Below, piece after piece: positions 1-11,420 of a stretch of 64,000 nt of DNA. The notes below the pieces were generated by a model. The model was not told where the DNA came from. It worked only from the letters and a program-made list of their open reading frames with translations, and ran no database searches. The position numbers were made by a program, and so were the translations under genes. Origin of the DNA: Callorhinchus milii (taxonomy: Eukaryota); assembly GCF_018977255.1 (NCBI RefSeq), contig NW_024704742.1, positions 80,044,001-80,108,000 of the forward strand, given 5' to 3'. Within the stretch, counting starts at the first letter, position 1. Every line of letters begins with the position of its first letter.

Positions 1-72
1 GGTGAGGCAGGGGACGTGAAGCAGGCCAGAGCCTGCTGAGCAGAGGGAGCGGGCAGGATGGTAGGGTGTTAG
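1..72 (-). mobile_element. L2 LINE 3'-region fragment (runs off window edge)
   Basis: Matches the reverse complement of the ...CCCTACCA.CCTGCCCGCTCCCTCTGCTCAGCAGGCTCTGGCCTGCTTCACGTCCCC segment found in other L2 copies (e.g. 54490-54555). Confidence 0.8.
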
Positions 73-499
73 ATAGAGTCTGGTTATGTACATTGCCTGT
101 GTTCCTAAATAGTTGTTTGTTATAAACATTTATGTAACAGAAATTCACACTGGAATACAACTACTTAGGCCTTTTTAAACACAATAGATCTTTAAGATGG
201 GAAAGGAGCTCTATCAAATGTAAGGATTAACCATTATCCCTTTGTCAGATTGTAGTCCCTCTTCTCTGCATTCAAATCAGAATTCATTGCACAATTTCCT
301 GTCTCATTCCTTCTCAGAATTGTACAGCTCGCTCAGTCTTCTCTTTTCTTTTACATGCAATTTGTAAGATTTTAAAATCTAAACCTTGTTTCACCAAAAC
401 ACTGCTTCTTGATTTAGATAACAGTGACATTTCTTATGATAATTATTGCGCTCCCTTGCCCGGCGCAATAGTATAGTCCTGATTTTCAACTCTGATTTT

Positions 500-885
500 T
501 AATAAATAATATTCCTTGCATTTTGATATAGCACCTTAGCATGTCGGCAAGACATCTCAAAGCACTTCACAGGATATACCAGCCTGGTTACTCCCTCCAC
601 TTAGCAGGCACTGTTCTGCTTCACATAACTCGCATGACCACCTGTCCCACCTTGGTGGTCAGACATTCAGTGTATTTGCCTCCACTCTTTGGAACTGCAG
701 CCCTTTCCCTCACCTCCTCTAAGGTCTGCCTCAAGTCCTTCATCTTTGACCAACTTTTAACCATCTTCTCCCCAATCTCACTCACCACCCTTTCGGCCAC
801 CAGCCCAGCTCGTTTGCAAACCTTGGGCCTTGTCCAGCACCTTTGGACATCTTCCCTATGTTAAATATGTTATACAAATGTATTA
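500..885. mobile_element. SINE tail (-, 500-580) abutting an old L2 3' end (+, 580-885)
   Basis: 500-580 is the reverse complement of the SINE tail (...GTGAAGTGCTTTGAGATGTC...GCTATATCAAAATGCAAGGA). 580-885 follows the L2 3' consensus ending CAGCACCTTTGGACATCTTCCC...TATACAAATGTA. Confidence 0.7.
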
Positions 886-994
886 GTATTGCATTGTAAG
901 GTGATGTGTCTATGTATTTTGTGAGCTGAATGCTGAAGAATTTGCATTTCAATGCTTATTGACAAAGAAACTGACTGAATTCAATGTCTTTTTC

Positions 995-1440
995 TGCTCT
1001 TGAGATCACAATCTTCATCCAGGATGGCAGATCCGAGGAAAGTAGAGACATAATCAATGGTAGTAGCTGGTATTGAGCAGAGTTGGGTGTCATCTGCATA
1101 CGTGTGGAAGTTGACCCCATGTCTGTGGAAGATGTCATCAAGAGGGAGCATATAGATACTGGAGAGGAGGGGCCCAAGGACAGAGCCATGAGGAATGTCG
1201 CACAAGACGGTGAGGGGGCTAGAGGTGAAACTGTTTATGGAGATGAAGTGGAGATGGTGTGAGGTATTGGATCTGAAGCATTCAAGGACAGACTCATGGT
1301 GGTTGATGTGAGAAGAGAGGCGGTGAAAGCGAATAGAGCAGTCAATGGTATCGAAGGCAGCAGAAATGTCAAGGAGGTCGAGGAGGCAGAGGGAGCCCTG
1401 GTTGCAGATGAAGAAAATGTCATTTGTCATTTATCAAGAA
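995..1440 (-). mobile_element. L2 reverse-transcriptase fragment
   Basis: ORF 981..1430(-) contains LLDISAAFDTID, IPHGSVLGPLL and HTYADDTQL, the RT core motifs of CR1/L2 LINEs. Confidence 0.92.
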
Positions 1441-1674
1441 GTAAAGTTGGAACAAGATCCAGTTATTCCATTGAAATGGAATATCGAGTTTGAATGAATA
1501 TAATAACAACTTGCATTTATTTTGCGCCCTTCATGAGTGGTAGCTTCAATAAAGAACATTAAGTAATTGATAGAAACCTTATAGATCTTGTACCAAATGG
1601 GCTACATCTATTCATCATCAGCTCTTAAACTCAATTTCCATATTTTCTAATTAAGATGGAAAGGCATCAGAAAA

Positions 1675-1770
1675 CCTTTTAGAGAAGAGGAAATTAGAAA
1701 GGCCATGAAATCAATAAAGAAGAGGAAACTCTCAAGTGAAACCAGCTTTCTGATAGAGTTTCATATTTAT
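1675..1770 (+). mobile_element. Very old L1/Tx1-like ORF2 fragment (RT domain-0 region)
   Basis: Manual translation PFREEEIRKAMKSIKKRKLSSETSFLIEFHI resembles the PITxEEIxxAIKSMKxGKxPGPDGFxxEFY motif of L1-clade ORF2. Short and degenerate. Confidence 0.5.
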
Positions 1771-2885
1771 TAAGATTAAATGAGATTTTTTTTAAAAGAG
1801 CAACAAAATAATGCAGAGCAATAATATAATGAAGCACCAAGTGAAATTAGATTGAGAACGATCTAATTATCACAAATAACAATACATAATCAATGCATTT
1901 GATGTAGCACCTTACCATGTCATTGAAATGTCTCAAAGCACTTCACAGAATTTTGCTGTAAAGTGAACTGAATGTGTGTTTGCCAGTTGGTTTACAGCAA
2001 TGTCCTACAAACAGTCATTGATCACTGATCTTGAAATCTGGGAGAAAGGTTAGCATGATCAACTGAGGCCATGTTGATTTCATATTTGTGTGGTTTGGGG
2101 GGCACCACATGTTAAAAACAAAATCTTGTATTTCATGATGGAGAAAGATCACGTATGTACGTTTTGTGATAGATGGAGCCGTGGAGGGATTTATAGGTGA
2201 AAATAAAGATGTTGAACTTGGTCTCCTGGAAGGATGGCAAGCCAATGGAGCCAGGCGAGGATTGGGTGATAGGCTCGATGGGTCTGGAGCAAAAATTGAG
2301 CAAAATTTGAGCAGTATTAACACCTCTGATTTAATGTGACGTGTTTAAAACACCAGCAGTATCTCAGCAAGTAAGAAATGTTGACCGTGCAACTGACCCA
2401 TTGAGATAACGCACAAGTCCAGGATTCTGTGGGAAGGAAAATTAAAAGCTATGCTTATCCTAAGGATGGCTGTTGCCATCAGCTGAAAGAGATTGCTGAT
2501 TCGAAGATTTCTTGGTTTGCTTTACTGGCTGAAAATTGTTAAAATGCAAAAGCTTAGCATGAAAGGTGTGCACTTGCTTCCACATCAGGAAGCAGAGAAT
2601 TTTACAAATGACCTCTTAAATTCGCGAATGAAGTAAACACTGGTTTTAGCTATAAATATTTTTTGAACAGAAGCACAATTGTATTACAATAAGTTAAACT
2701 GAGGTAGATCAAATCAGGTGCATTAAAACCTTTTCTAGCATTAACATGTTTCATGAGGAAAATACAATTTGTTAAGAAATACATCAATTATAAGGCTGCT
2801 CAGATATAGATGGCAGAAATTCCACCGGCGGTCAAAATTTACTCTCTTTATGTAAACCTAGAACAATGCTTTAAACATGACTATT

Positions 2886-3035
2886 TGTGGGACACTGGTT
2901 TGTGCAATTGGCTGCCGCGTTTTACCTACAAAATATACAGTCAATTCACTTTACAGTATATTCAGTGAAGCGCTTTGAGACATTTGTACAATTTGATAAA
3001 GTGCTGTATCAAATGCAGGGATTATTATTGCTATT
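2886..3035 (+). mobile_element. SINE 3' half (Deu 3' part + tail)
   Basis: TGTGGGACACTGGTTTGTGCAATTGGCTGCCGCG...CAGTCAATTCACTTTACAG...CAAATGCAGGGATTATTATT. Confidence 0.85.
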
Positions 3036-3089
3036 ATTTGAGATATGCAAAGGCAGCAGAGCACAGTGAACGGGCTGATTCAGATTAGC

Positions 3090-3240
3090 ACAGGGCAATT
3101 TCAGAACAGATATCAACGAGTATTACCCAGAGTGTAACTGGTGATTGAAACGGATTGCCCAGGAAGGGTGGTTGAAGCCAGGACACTGGATTCATTAAAA
3201 AATCCATAGGATGGCGACTCTGGAAGAATGAGATAAGTGG
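3090..3240 (+). mobile_element. CR1 LINE 3' fragment
   Basis: GGGCAATTTCAGAACAGAT...GGATTGCCCAGGAAGGGTGGTTGAAGCCAGGACACTGGATTCATT encodes the CR1 C-terminal GLPxxVVEARTLDS motif. Same family as 8545, 50045, 58945 and 63460. Confidence 0.7.
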
Positions 3241-3310
3241 CTTAAAGGACTTACTTCATCTGAACGTTTCTGATGTTGTGAAGAGACAATACTGAGAGAT
3301 AATAATATAT

Positions 3311-3681
3311 ACAACAACAACAACAAAATTACATTTGTAAAGTACCTTTCACGTTGAGAGGACGTCCCAAGGTGCTGGACAGACAGAGTTATGGACCTGA
3401 GCTGGGAGTTGGAGTTGGGGAGGGTGGAGGGCAGAGGGGAAAGCAGGGTGATCGAAAGCACGGACGAAAAGGAGAGCCTTGAGATGGGTCTTGAAGGTGG
3501 CAAGGGAGGGCTGCGGGATGGAGTTCCAGAGTGGTGGAAGGACCAATAGTGGGGCGAGCAAGGTGGGGGACGTGAAGCAGGCTGGAGCCCACTGAGCGAA
3601 GGGAGCGAACAGGAAGGTAGCGGGTTAGGAGGTCGCAGAGGTAGGGAGGAGTGAGACCATGGAGGGCTTTGAAGGTGAGGT
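3311..3681 (-). mobile_element. L2 (tail type A) 5'-truncated copy
   Basis: (AAC)n tail, then AATTACATTTGT...TTCACGTTGAGAGGACGTCCCAAGGTGCT, then C-terminal ORF2 sequence (LWNSIP..SLATFKTHLKALLF). Confidence 0.9.
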
Positions 3682-3929
3682 TAATCCTTCTTCACCAGAT
3701 ATTGACTTAAAATTAATATTGATATTAATTTTAAATGTGGCATCTGGAGGTTAATCATCACATACTGTAGCACCATCTTAATTTGAATAAAAACAATCTG
3801 GCTCTTTGTGGCTTTAAAATGTATTGCCTTGTGGTGTGCAAAATGGCCTTGGAATGTGAAGCCACATAGATGTGAATGGGAAATTAAGTGGTTGAAGTCT
3901 AGATGTTCATTGCATTGTCATAGGTCATA

Positions 3930-4140
3930 GGTGTCATCCTTGAGATGAGATGTGAAATTGAGGTCCAGTTTGCCGGTTTAGGTGGACGTTAGAGATTCCA
4001 CGGCACTGTTCAAAATGAGAAGGGAGTTTCTCACAGTGTCCTGGCCAACAATTGCGCAGATAAAATTGAGCATTTACATCATGGCTGTTCGTTGAATATT
4101 GCTGTGTACAAAATTGGCTGCTGGGTTAAGCTACAACTAT
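3930..4140 (+). mobile_element. Old Deu-domain SINE (SacSINE1/AmnSINE1-like core)
   Basis: GATGAGATGTGAAATTGAGGTCC...AGGTGGACGTTAGAGATTCCACGGCACT...GTGTCCTGGCCAAC...GCTGTGTACAAAATTGGCTGC matches the Deu core as I know it. Confidence 0.75.
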
Positions 4141-4184
4141 ATAGTCACTATATAGTGACTATATAGTTGTAGCTTAACCCAGCA
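4119..4184. repeat. Perfect 66-bp palindrome
   Basis: TGCTGGGTTAAGCTACAACTATATAGTCACT-ATAT-AGTGACTATATAGTTGTAGCTTAACCCAGCA; the arms are exact reverse complements. Confidence 0.97.
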
Positions 4185-4439
4185 CCTTAACCCCCCTCCC
4201 CCCTTCCATGCCCTTAAAATCTACCTGCAAAATTCTGTCTGATACTCTCCATCTCCCTTGAACCTTTCTACAGTCTACAGTACAAGAGGGACACAGAATT
4301 ATGCCTCTCCATCAAACACACATATAGTCAGTGAATGCTATTGCGTTCTCAAACTCACAATGCTTACTTTATCATCACTTTATCACTTTATCTGACCTAT
4401 TCTTCCCTTTTGGAAACTCCCCCTTCTCTCATACGTACC

Positions 4440-6980
4440 CCTCCAACTCTCCACTCACATCACTCTCCACAACCATCTCTCCTGCACAACCCAAAATCCT
4501 CTCCGCACCACTCTCTCCTTCCTCCCCCACTCCACCCCTCCAGCAAACCCACCCGCATTTCCCTCCAAAATGTCTGTTCCCTCTCAAATAAAGCCTTCAC
4601 CATCCACGACCTCATCCTGGACAAGCACCTTGACATTCTTGGGCTCACCGAAACCTGGCTCTCCCCCAATGACCCCATCCCCCTAGTTAAAGCCTCCCCT
4701 CCAGGCTACACATTCCACCACAGCCCCCGTCCAAACCAACGTAGCAGCAGGGTGGCCTTCATTTCCAAAGCCTCCCTTGGTCTCACCCCTTGCTCCTCTG
4801 GCTGCTTCCCCTCCTTCGAGCACCTTACCCTCTTCCATCTCTCTCTCCCTTTGAAAATCTTCCTTGTCTACCGCCCCCCCCAAGCCCCTCAGCTCCTTCC
4901 ACACAGACATCTCTACTCTCCTCTCTTCCCTGTCCCTCTGCCCCGAGCGCCTACTCATAATGGGTGATTTCAACCTCCACCTAAACTCCCCTTGCACCAC
5001 TTCTGCCAATTTTACTGCCCTCCTCTCCCTAAACCTTACCCTGCATATAAATTCACCTATCCACAACTATGGTCATGCACTTGACCTCATCATCACCCAC
5101 GGCCTTGACATTTCCGACCTCAGGATAGTGGACAAGGCCATCTCGGACCACTTTTTCAACTCCTTCTCCTCTCACATCCCTCTCTCCTCCACCAAGCCCT
5201 CAACCATCCTCTACCGCTCTTGGAACAGGCCACCACCTGAGACCCTCACAAAGGCCCTTTCATCATCAAACATCCTATCCCTCTGGCCTTCCACCCGCAG
5301 AGATCCTGAAGCAGTTGTCCAGCTGCTCCATGATCGCCTCTGCTCCACTTTCAACTCCCTCGTCCCACTAAAATCCAGGAACATCTCCAAACCCACCCAA
5401 TCCCCCTGGTACAACAACCATCTCCGCCGCCAAAAAACCCAAACCCGTCTGTTCGAGCGCAGATGGCGGAAAACTGGCCTGACAGTCCACCGCCAACTGT
5501 GGCTCGAGCATCTCCACAGCTACCGCCGTTCTTTAACATGCACAAAAATGGACTTCTACTCCAACATCACCTTGGAGGCTAAACACAACCAAAAAACCCT
5601 TTTTTTCACCAGCCACTACCTCTTCCGCGCCCCCCTCAGGTCTCCTCAATCTGCATATTAAATGCCAATTGCGAAGAGGTCATGGACTTCTTTTCAGCTA
5701 AAATACTTAACATCTGCCAGGCAGCCTCATCCACCTGCCCCTTGTCACCCACCACCACGCCCTCTCTGTCCCCCTCACCCTCCCCAACATCTGCTCCTAC
5801 CACCACCCCCATTCTACATTCCTTCCTCCCCATCACCTCCATGAAACCCACCACCTGCTGCCTTGACCCCCTCCCCACCAACTTATTGGTCACCCAGCTC
5901 CCCTTCCTCTGCCCACTACTCGCTGACATTATCAACCAGTCCCTCTCCTCCGGATCAGTCCCTGCCTCCCTCAAAACTGTTGTCATCGCCCCCCTCCTGA
6001 AAAAACCCTCCCTAGATCCCTCAAACCCCAGCCATTATCATCCTATTTCTAACCTGCCCTTCCTCTCAAAAGTTCTAGAACGTGTTGTTGCCAACCAACT
6101 TCCCGCACACTTCTCCTCCCACTCCCTCTTCGAACCCCTCCAGTCCGGTTTCCGCTCTGCTCACAGTACAGAGACTGCGCTTGTGAAAGTCACAAATGAC
6201 ATCCTCTCTATCTGTGACCAGGGCTCCCTCTGCATCCTTGTCCTCCTGGACCTCTCCACCGCGTTCAACCTAGGCGACAGGTTCGACACCCAATTATCCT
6301 TCCTCCCCCACATCCGGTCCCTCACCAGCACCGCCTTCTTCCACCTCCGATGCATCGCCCGTCTCCGCCAATGCCTCTCTCCAAAAGCCGCTGAAACCCT
6401 GGTCCATGCCTTTGTCACCTCTCGGCTGGACGACTCTAACGCCCTTCACGCCGGTCTCCCATCCACTACCATCCATAAAATCCAAATCATTCATTTGCAT
6501 TCTCACCCGCACAAAACTCTGCTCCATGATCACCCCAGTCCTTGCCTGACTGCACTGGCTGCCTTTCCCAGAGAGGATCGATTTCAAGATCCTCACCCTT
6601 GTGTTCAAGTCCCTGCACTCCTCTTCACCCACCCCCCCCCCCCCACCTCTCTGACCTCCTCTCTCCTCAAAACAGTACCCGTTGCCTCCGTTCCTCCGGG
6701 TCTGGCCTCCTCCTCGTTCCCCGGGTCCTCCGTTCCACCCTCGGCAGCCGTGCCTTCAGCCACTATGCCCCGAGGCTCTGGAACTGTCTTCCTCACTCCC
6801 TTCACCTCGTTCCTTCTCTTCCCATTTTCAGGTCTCTGCTGAAGAACCTTTCTTTTTGACCACGCCTTTGGTCACCTTCCTCCCCCTGCCCCTGGCTCGG
6901 CCCCGGGATCCGTTACTGTAAAGTGCTCTGAGACACCGTCCGGCGTGAAGGGCGCTATATAAATCCAAGTTGTTGTTGTT
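4440..6980 (+). mobile_element. L2 LINE (tail type B): APE endonuclease + partial RT, frameshifted, RT core deleted
   Basis: ORFs 4335..4967, 4864..5661 and 5682..6842 give LQNVCSL, LGLTETWL, VYRPP, MGDFN, GHALDL, ISDH (APE) and PISNLPFLSKVLE, QSGFRSAHSTETAL, LLDLSTAF (RT). The sequence then jumps at 6266/6267 to NLG..FDTQLSF. It ends ...GGGCGCTATATAAATCCAAG(TTG)n. Confidence 0.95.
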
Positions 6981-7729
6981 ATATATCGAAGGTCCTACAT
7001 TCCTGTATGCTTAGGGACACATGCAATTTTGCAATCTGTATTTTTTATGATTCAAAAATGAATAAAATCAGTTATGTTTACTCTGTGACAATAGAAATGG
7101 CCTCAAGTTTGGAACGTTCTGAGAGGTTAAAGGAGCCTACAGTCATTCAGGAAGATATTCTTTTGCATTTTCTGAAGAAACCAATTGATTGAAGGGAACA
7201 TGTAGAACCACTCTCGGAGTTATACCCTAAGGATAGAAGTAGATGAATAGCTTGGTACATGATGAAGCCAATTGAGTAGGAATATAACTATCACCGTGGG
7301 AGGGAGAAATAAAGAAGATGGAGTCAGCTCTCTTTGTCACTTACTTGGATTAGGTTGAAAGTGAAAGTTGGTGATCAAAGTTAGTTGATTTTATCACTTT
7401 AATTTCCAACTCTCGATGTGTAATTTGTATCATTGATTCACAGTCATTATTTCCTGACTGCTGAATAATCTGAAGCTCTTATATGGAGATTCACAAAGGA
7501 CTCTGCAGTTAAGAATGATTAGGTTTAATGTCCCTGATGCATCCAGGCTTGATATGGTCCAAAGGAAATGTTGGCATAGAAAAATAAATTACTAAGTAAG
7601 ATCAAGAAAAATAAATTTGTATTGAAGTCCAAAAACTAAATGTACGATGAAAGATTTTCTTGGTAAACTAACGTTTTATTTTTAAAAATATTTTTTCATC
7701 CCTCAAATTTTCTCTTAAATTCTCCATGC

Positions 7730-8130
7730 AGGCACCACCCCCATCCTTTCCTAATTCCATTGGCTCCCCATCTCCCAGAGAATTGAGTTCAAGTTCATCC
7801 TCGCTTTTAAATTTCTCCATGGTCTTGCTCCAACCTACCTTTGTGATCTTCTAAAGCCCCATCAACCCGATCCCTCTGTACGGCAGGCAATGGCCTGTTT
7901 CCCAGCCCCCGCCCTGCCTACCCCACAAACATTGGTCGGCTTTCAGTCTTTCTGTCCCCACTCTCTGGTACTCCACCCCAGAGTCGCTTCACCTCATCCC
8001 TTCACTATTTTCTTCAATGTCCATCTTGAGACCTTTTTTGACCATGCCTTTGGTTACCTTCCCCTCACTTCCACAGCACCCACACCCGACCTTGCCCCAA
8101 CTTGGGTGTAAACCCTTGAGGCCCTCAACG
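7730..8130 (+). mobile_element. Old L2 3' fragment
   Basis: CATTGGCTCCCCATCTCCCAGAGAATTGAGTTCAAG (HWLPISQRIEFK)...TTTGACCATGCCTTTGG. Confidence 0.75.
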
Positions 8131-8544
8131 CATTGTTTGTGGTATTAATTCCCTGAATCCTTTCAAATGAATTCCATTATTTTAATGCACATCTTCCTTG
8201 TAGTTCCAAAAGGGCTTTATTTTATCTGAAACTTGCTTCTCCTCTCTTGAGGGCAGTGGTGACCATCAAGAAGCTGCCTCACAAACATTTGCAGAAGTAT
8301 AGGTAAGTCCATGATCGTTCAGTAGTGTGTTTTCTGTTTATCCTCGATTGTTTTAAGGCATAAATCAAGAAATATTCAATCAAGAAAATGTATTTGTTTG
8401 GTCGACCACCACTGCTTTAGGCCATCCTTTCCAGATAACTTTTGCCAATAACCGTTGTCCTCAATCTTTGGTTGTATGTTTTCTGTGATTCGGATTACCG
8501 CTATATCCACTTATGTCCTCCTATCATGACATCAGACTGTATTA

Positions 8545-8780
8545 AAAATATGTCCAGGGTCCTGACCTCAACCACCCTGTCTGGCAACCCATTCCAGTTG
8601 TTAATTACCCTCTGGGTAAAGAAATATGTTCTAGTGTCTGTCCTGAATCTGCCCTTGGCAACTCTGGATCTATGCTTTTCTGTTCCATTGACTTGTCATA
8701 TAAGGAAGTCTTGTTGGGGTTTACTTTCTCAATCCTATTTAAAATCTCATTAACCTCTGTAAGGTTACCTTTGAAACATC
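8545..8780 (-). mobile_element. CR1 LINE 3' fragment
   Basis: The reverse complement encodes KGRFRTDTRTYFFTQRVINNWNGLPDRVVEVRTLD, the CR1 C-terminus. Confidence 0.8.
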
Positions 8781-8826
8781 AATGATTAACAACCTTAACT
8801 TGTGTTGGAATGCGAGCACAGGTTAC

Positions 8827-8902
8827 AGGTTACAGTGCAGGTTGAGTGCCATAGGTTAGAGTGCAGGCTGAGGGCCATAGGTTAGAGTGCAGGTTGAGTG
8901 CA
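8827..8902. repeat. Minisatellite, ~3 x 26 bp
   Basis: AGGTTACAGTGCAGGTTGAGTGCCAT / AGGTTAGAGTGCAGGCTGAGGGCCAT / AGGTTAGAGTGCAGGTTGAGTGCA. Confidence 0.85.
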
Positions 8903-10525
8903 ACAGATTAGATGACCAGACTGAATACTATAGAAAGTTCAGCAGCAGGATACTGGTTTCAGCCAAGATTTCCACTGATTTACTGCATCTCTCAATTGCT
9001 GCACCTCATAATAACAACAAGGGCAAACTTGAAGCTATCGAGCAGTCTTATTTATAGCGAGTTAGTTGCTCATGAAAGTTCAGAAAGTACATTACTGTGA
9101 TTAATGAGGAATATAGTGCAATAAACTAAGCACAGCATCCGGACAGCAACAACATTGCTTGGATCAGTATATTATCCAATGCATTGTGGTTTTACAAGGT
9201 AGATGGATTTTGTTCTGTAAGTCCTGTCAATGTTATGAACTCAATCTAGGTTTTCCAATTACCATACTGTAATGTCAATGGATTTATCTCTAATATAGTG
9301 GCAGTGGCTATAAACTCAATATGACAAACAGGATCTGCCTGTAATAGCTTTTCATAGAATGAAATCATCCACATTAATGATAGCGATGACTTGTCTGCTT
9401 TTCCCCAAAGAAATGACTGTAGTGGGGTGAATGTGTATCGTAGGAACTGAGGAAGAGTTATTTTGGGTGACGGAAACAAATCTGGTCTTTCTCCTCTTTT
9501 CTACTGTGCTGTATGAAGCTGCAGCAGAAGTAATGTAACACAGTGCTACATAAAAAACACACTTAATCCCCACAAGATGTTTCAGAATTCATGCTGCATT
9601 GTCAAACATTTGTTTCTGCAACAAAGATAATGTATTTCCATAAATAGAAAGCAGTATTGGAAATGAAATGATGTCCCTTGTGCAAATATGTCAAGAGAAA
9701 GTAAATTCCACAAATCTGCAAAGTCTGTTAGTGTTTCATTATCTTTCCAAGCCTGCACATGTCAAGTTTATATTGTGTGCTTCTTGTATGCCATAAAATC
9801 AAAATGTCAGGGAGCATACTGAGCTCTTTGAATCCAGCAATATGTGCCAGTACAATATATTAAAACAATGAAGGCTTAATATATTTTACTGAAGACCGTT
9901 AAAGATTATTGCTGGTTGCTCTCCTGTTCTTCCATTTATGCAACTACTGATACACTACTTTGCCATCACTAACCTGACATTAGACCTTTCTAAGTATGGT
10001 TGCAAAAATAAATTGATTAAATATTTCAACACTTTGACATGCAATAGAATTTCAAATGGAAGTGGATGTTTCAATCCCAGGACAAAATAAGGCCAGGAAA
10101 CTAAAAGCAACGATACAGGTTTATCTATGTGTCTTGCAGTATGTCTTTTTTTGGGCTCAATATGGAAATGATTGACTGACAAATTTTCTGTGCAAAGCAA
10201 AGTGGTAACATTCTATATTGCCAATTAAAATTTTTTTTTTTCAGTATCTAAATCATTGTGAGCTGCATTGTGGAGTATTTGGAGTATTGTCAGAGAAAGT
10301 GGACAGTGCAGAAAGAAGCATTTATTCATTCATAACTATAGAAAGATTGATGTTTGACAGCCAGGTTAAGCACTGGCATCTATGAGAGCTGCAAATAGGC
10401 CTGCTCGTTGGGCTTTTCTGCGAATTGTAGAGACGGTGTATTTGTAGGCAAATACGGCAATCAATCTGCACACAGCAATGTCCCACAATCAGCTGTAAAT
10501 CATCAATGTAAGGAGAATTTGAATT

Positions 10526-10849
10526 TGAGACCTGTAGCTCAGTGGTTAGAGCACTCGCTTTGCAAGTGAGAGACCTGAGTTCAATTCCAGGCAGAGGGCG
10601 AAACCTTGGGCACGTTTCCTTACTCCACACGCCTAATAATAATCCCTCCAAAAACCAAAAACAAGAATAAATTGGTCATTTTCAATCTACGACTGTTTGT
10701 GGGACACTGCTGTGCGCAATTGGCTGCCGCATTCACCCACAAATATACAGTCAATTCACTTTACAGTGTGTTCTGTAAAGCGCTTTGGGACGTCCTCCCG
10801 ACGTGAAAAGCGCTATATCAAATGCAAGGATTATTTATTATTAATTATT
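10526..10849 (+). mobile_element. tRNA(Ala)-derived SINE, short young form, inserted in an old - strand Deu SINE (10390-10520 and 10850-11040)
   Basis: A box TAGCTCAGTGG, TGC anticodon loop, B box GTTCAATTCC, Deu 3' half, tail hairpin AGCGCTTT-GGG-ACGTC-CTCCC-GACGT-GA-AAAGCGCT, (ATT)n. Confidence 0.93.
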
Positions 10850-11189
10850 GGCCAGGGCACCAGGATAAAATCCCTTTTCTTTTTGAGTACTGCCACAGGA
10901 TCTTTAATGTCCACCTGAACAAGCACAAGGGACCTTGTTTTTACATCTCATCCGAAGGACAGCACCTCCGACAATGAATTGCTCCCCCAGCATTGTATTG
11001 AAGTGTAGCTTAGTCAGTGACTTCCACAGAGGCAAGAGTACAGTATAACAGGGGTGTTTTCACCTACTGAGAGCCTGGGACTTGAAAAAACACACCAACT
11101 AATTATTCAATGCTAGTTGTCAACTTACCCATTACATCCACATTTTGTGAATTAACCAAAAATTCTCATTTTCTCTGATACATATAGAG

Positions 11190-11420
11190 GTTTCTTTGCC
11201 TACTCTCTGGATAGCATCCTGGAGTCCTTCCAATGCATTCCTTTCCTCAACTCGTTCAAGATCCATCTCAACACCTATCTCTTTGATCATGCTTTTGGTC
11301 ATCTTTCCCTCCCTACCTCCCTCGGCTCACACTCCCATCTTGGGTGCCAGACCATTATTGTTAAGTCCTTGACATGTCCTCCCAATGTGAAAACCACTTT
11401 GTAACTAGAAATTTGTATTG
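11190..11420 (+). mobile_element. Old L2 3' end
   Basis: TTCAAGATCCATCTCAACACCTATCTCTTTGATCATGCTTTTGG...CATGTCCTCCCAATGTGAAA. Confidence 0.65.

Noticed and set aside
5682..6842. 386-aa ORF as an active reverse transcriptase
   Set aside because: Lacks YADD, is frameshifted at ~6490 and is disconnected from the endonuclease frames.
8827..8902. CRISPR-like or telomeric array
   Set aside because: Three contiguous 26-bp units without unique spacers, in eukaryotic DNA; not TTAGGG.
10526..10600. tRNA-Ala(TGC)-like sequences (also at 13603, 23414, 33471, 45847, 51671, 58469, 59030)
   Set aside because: Each continues into the same SINE body and tail and has no oligo-T terminator; these are SINE heads, not tRNA genes.
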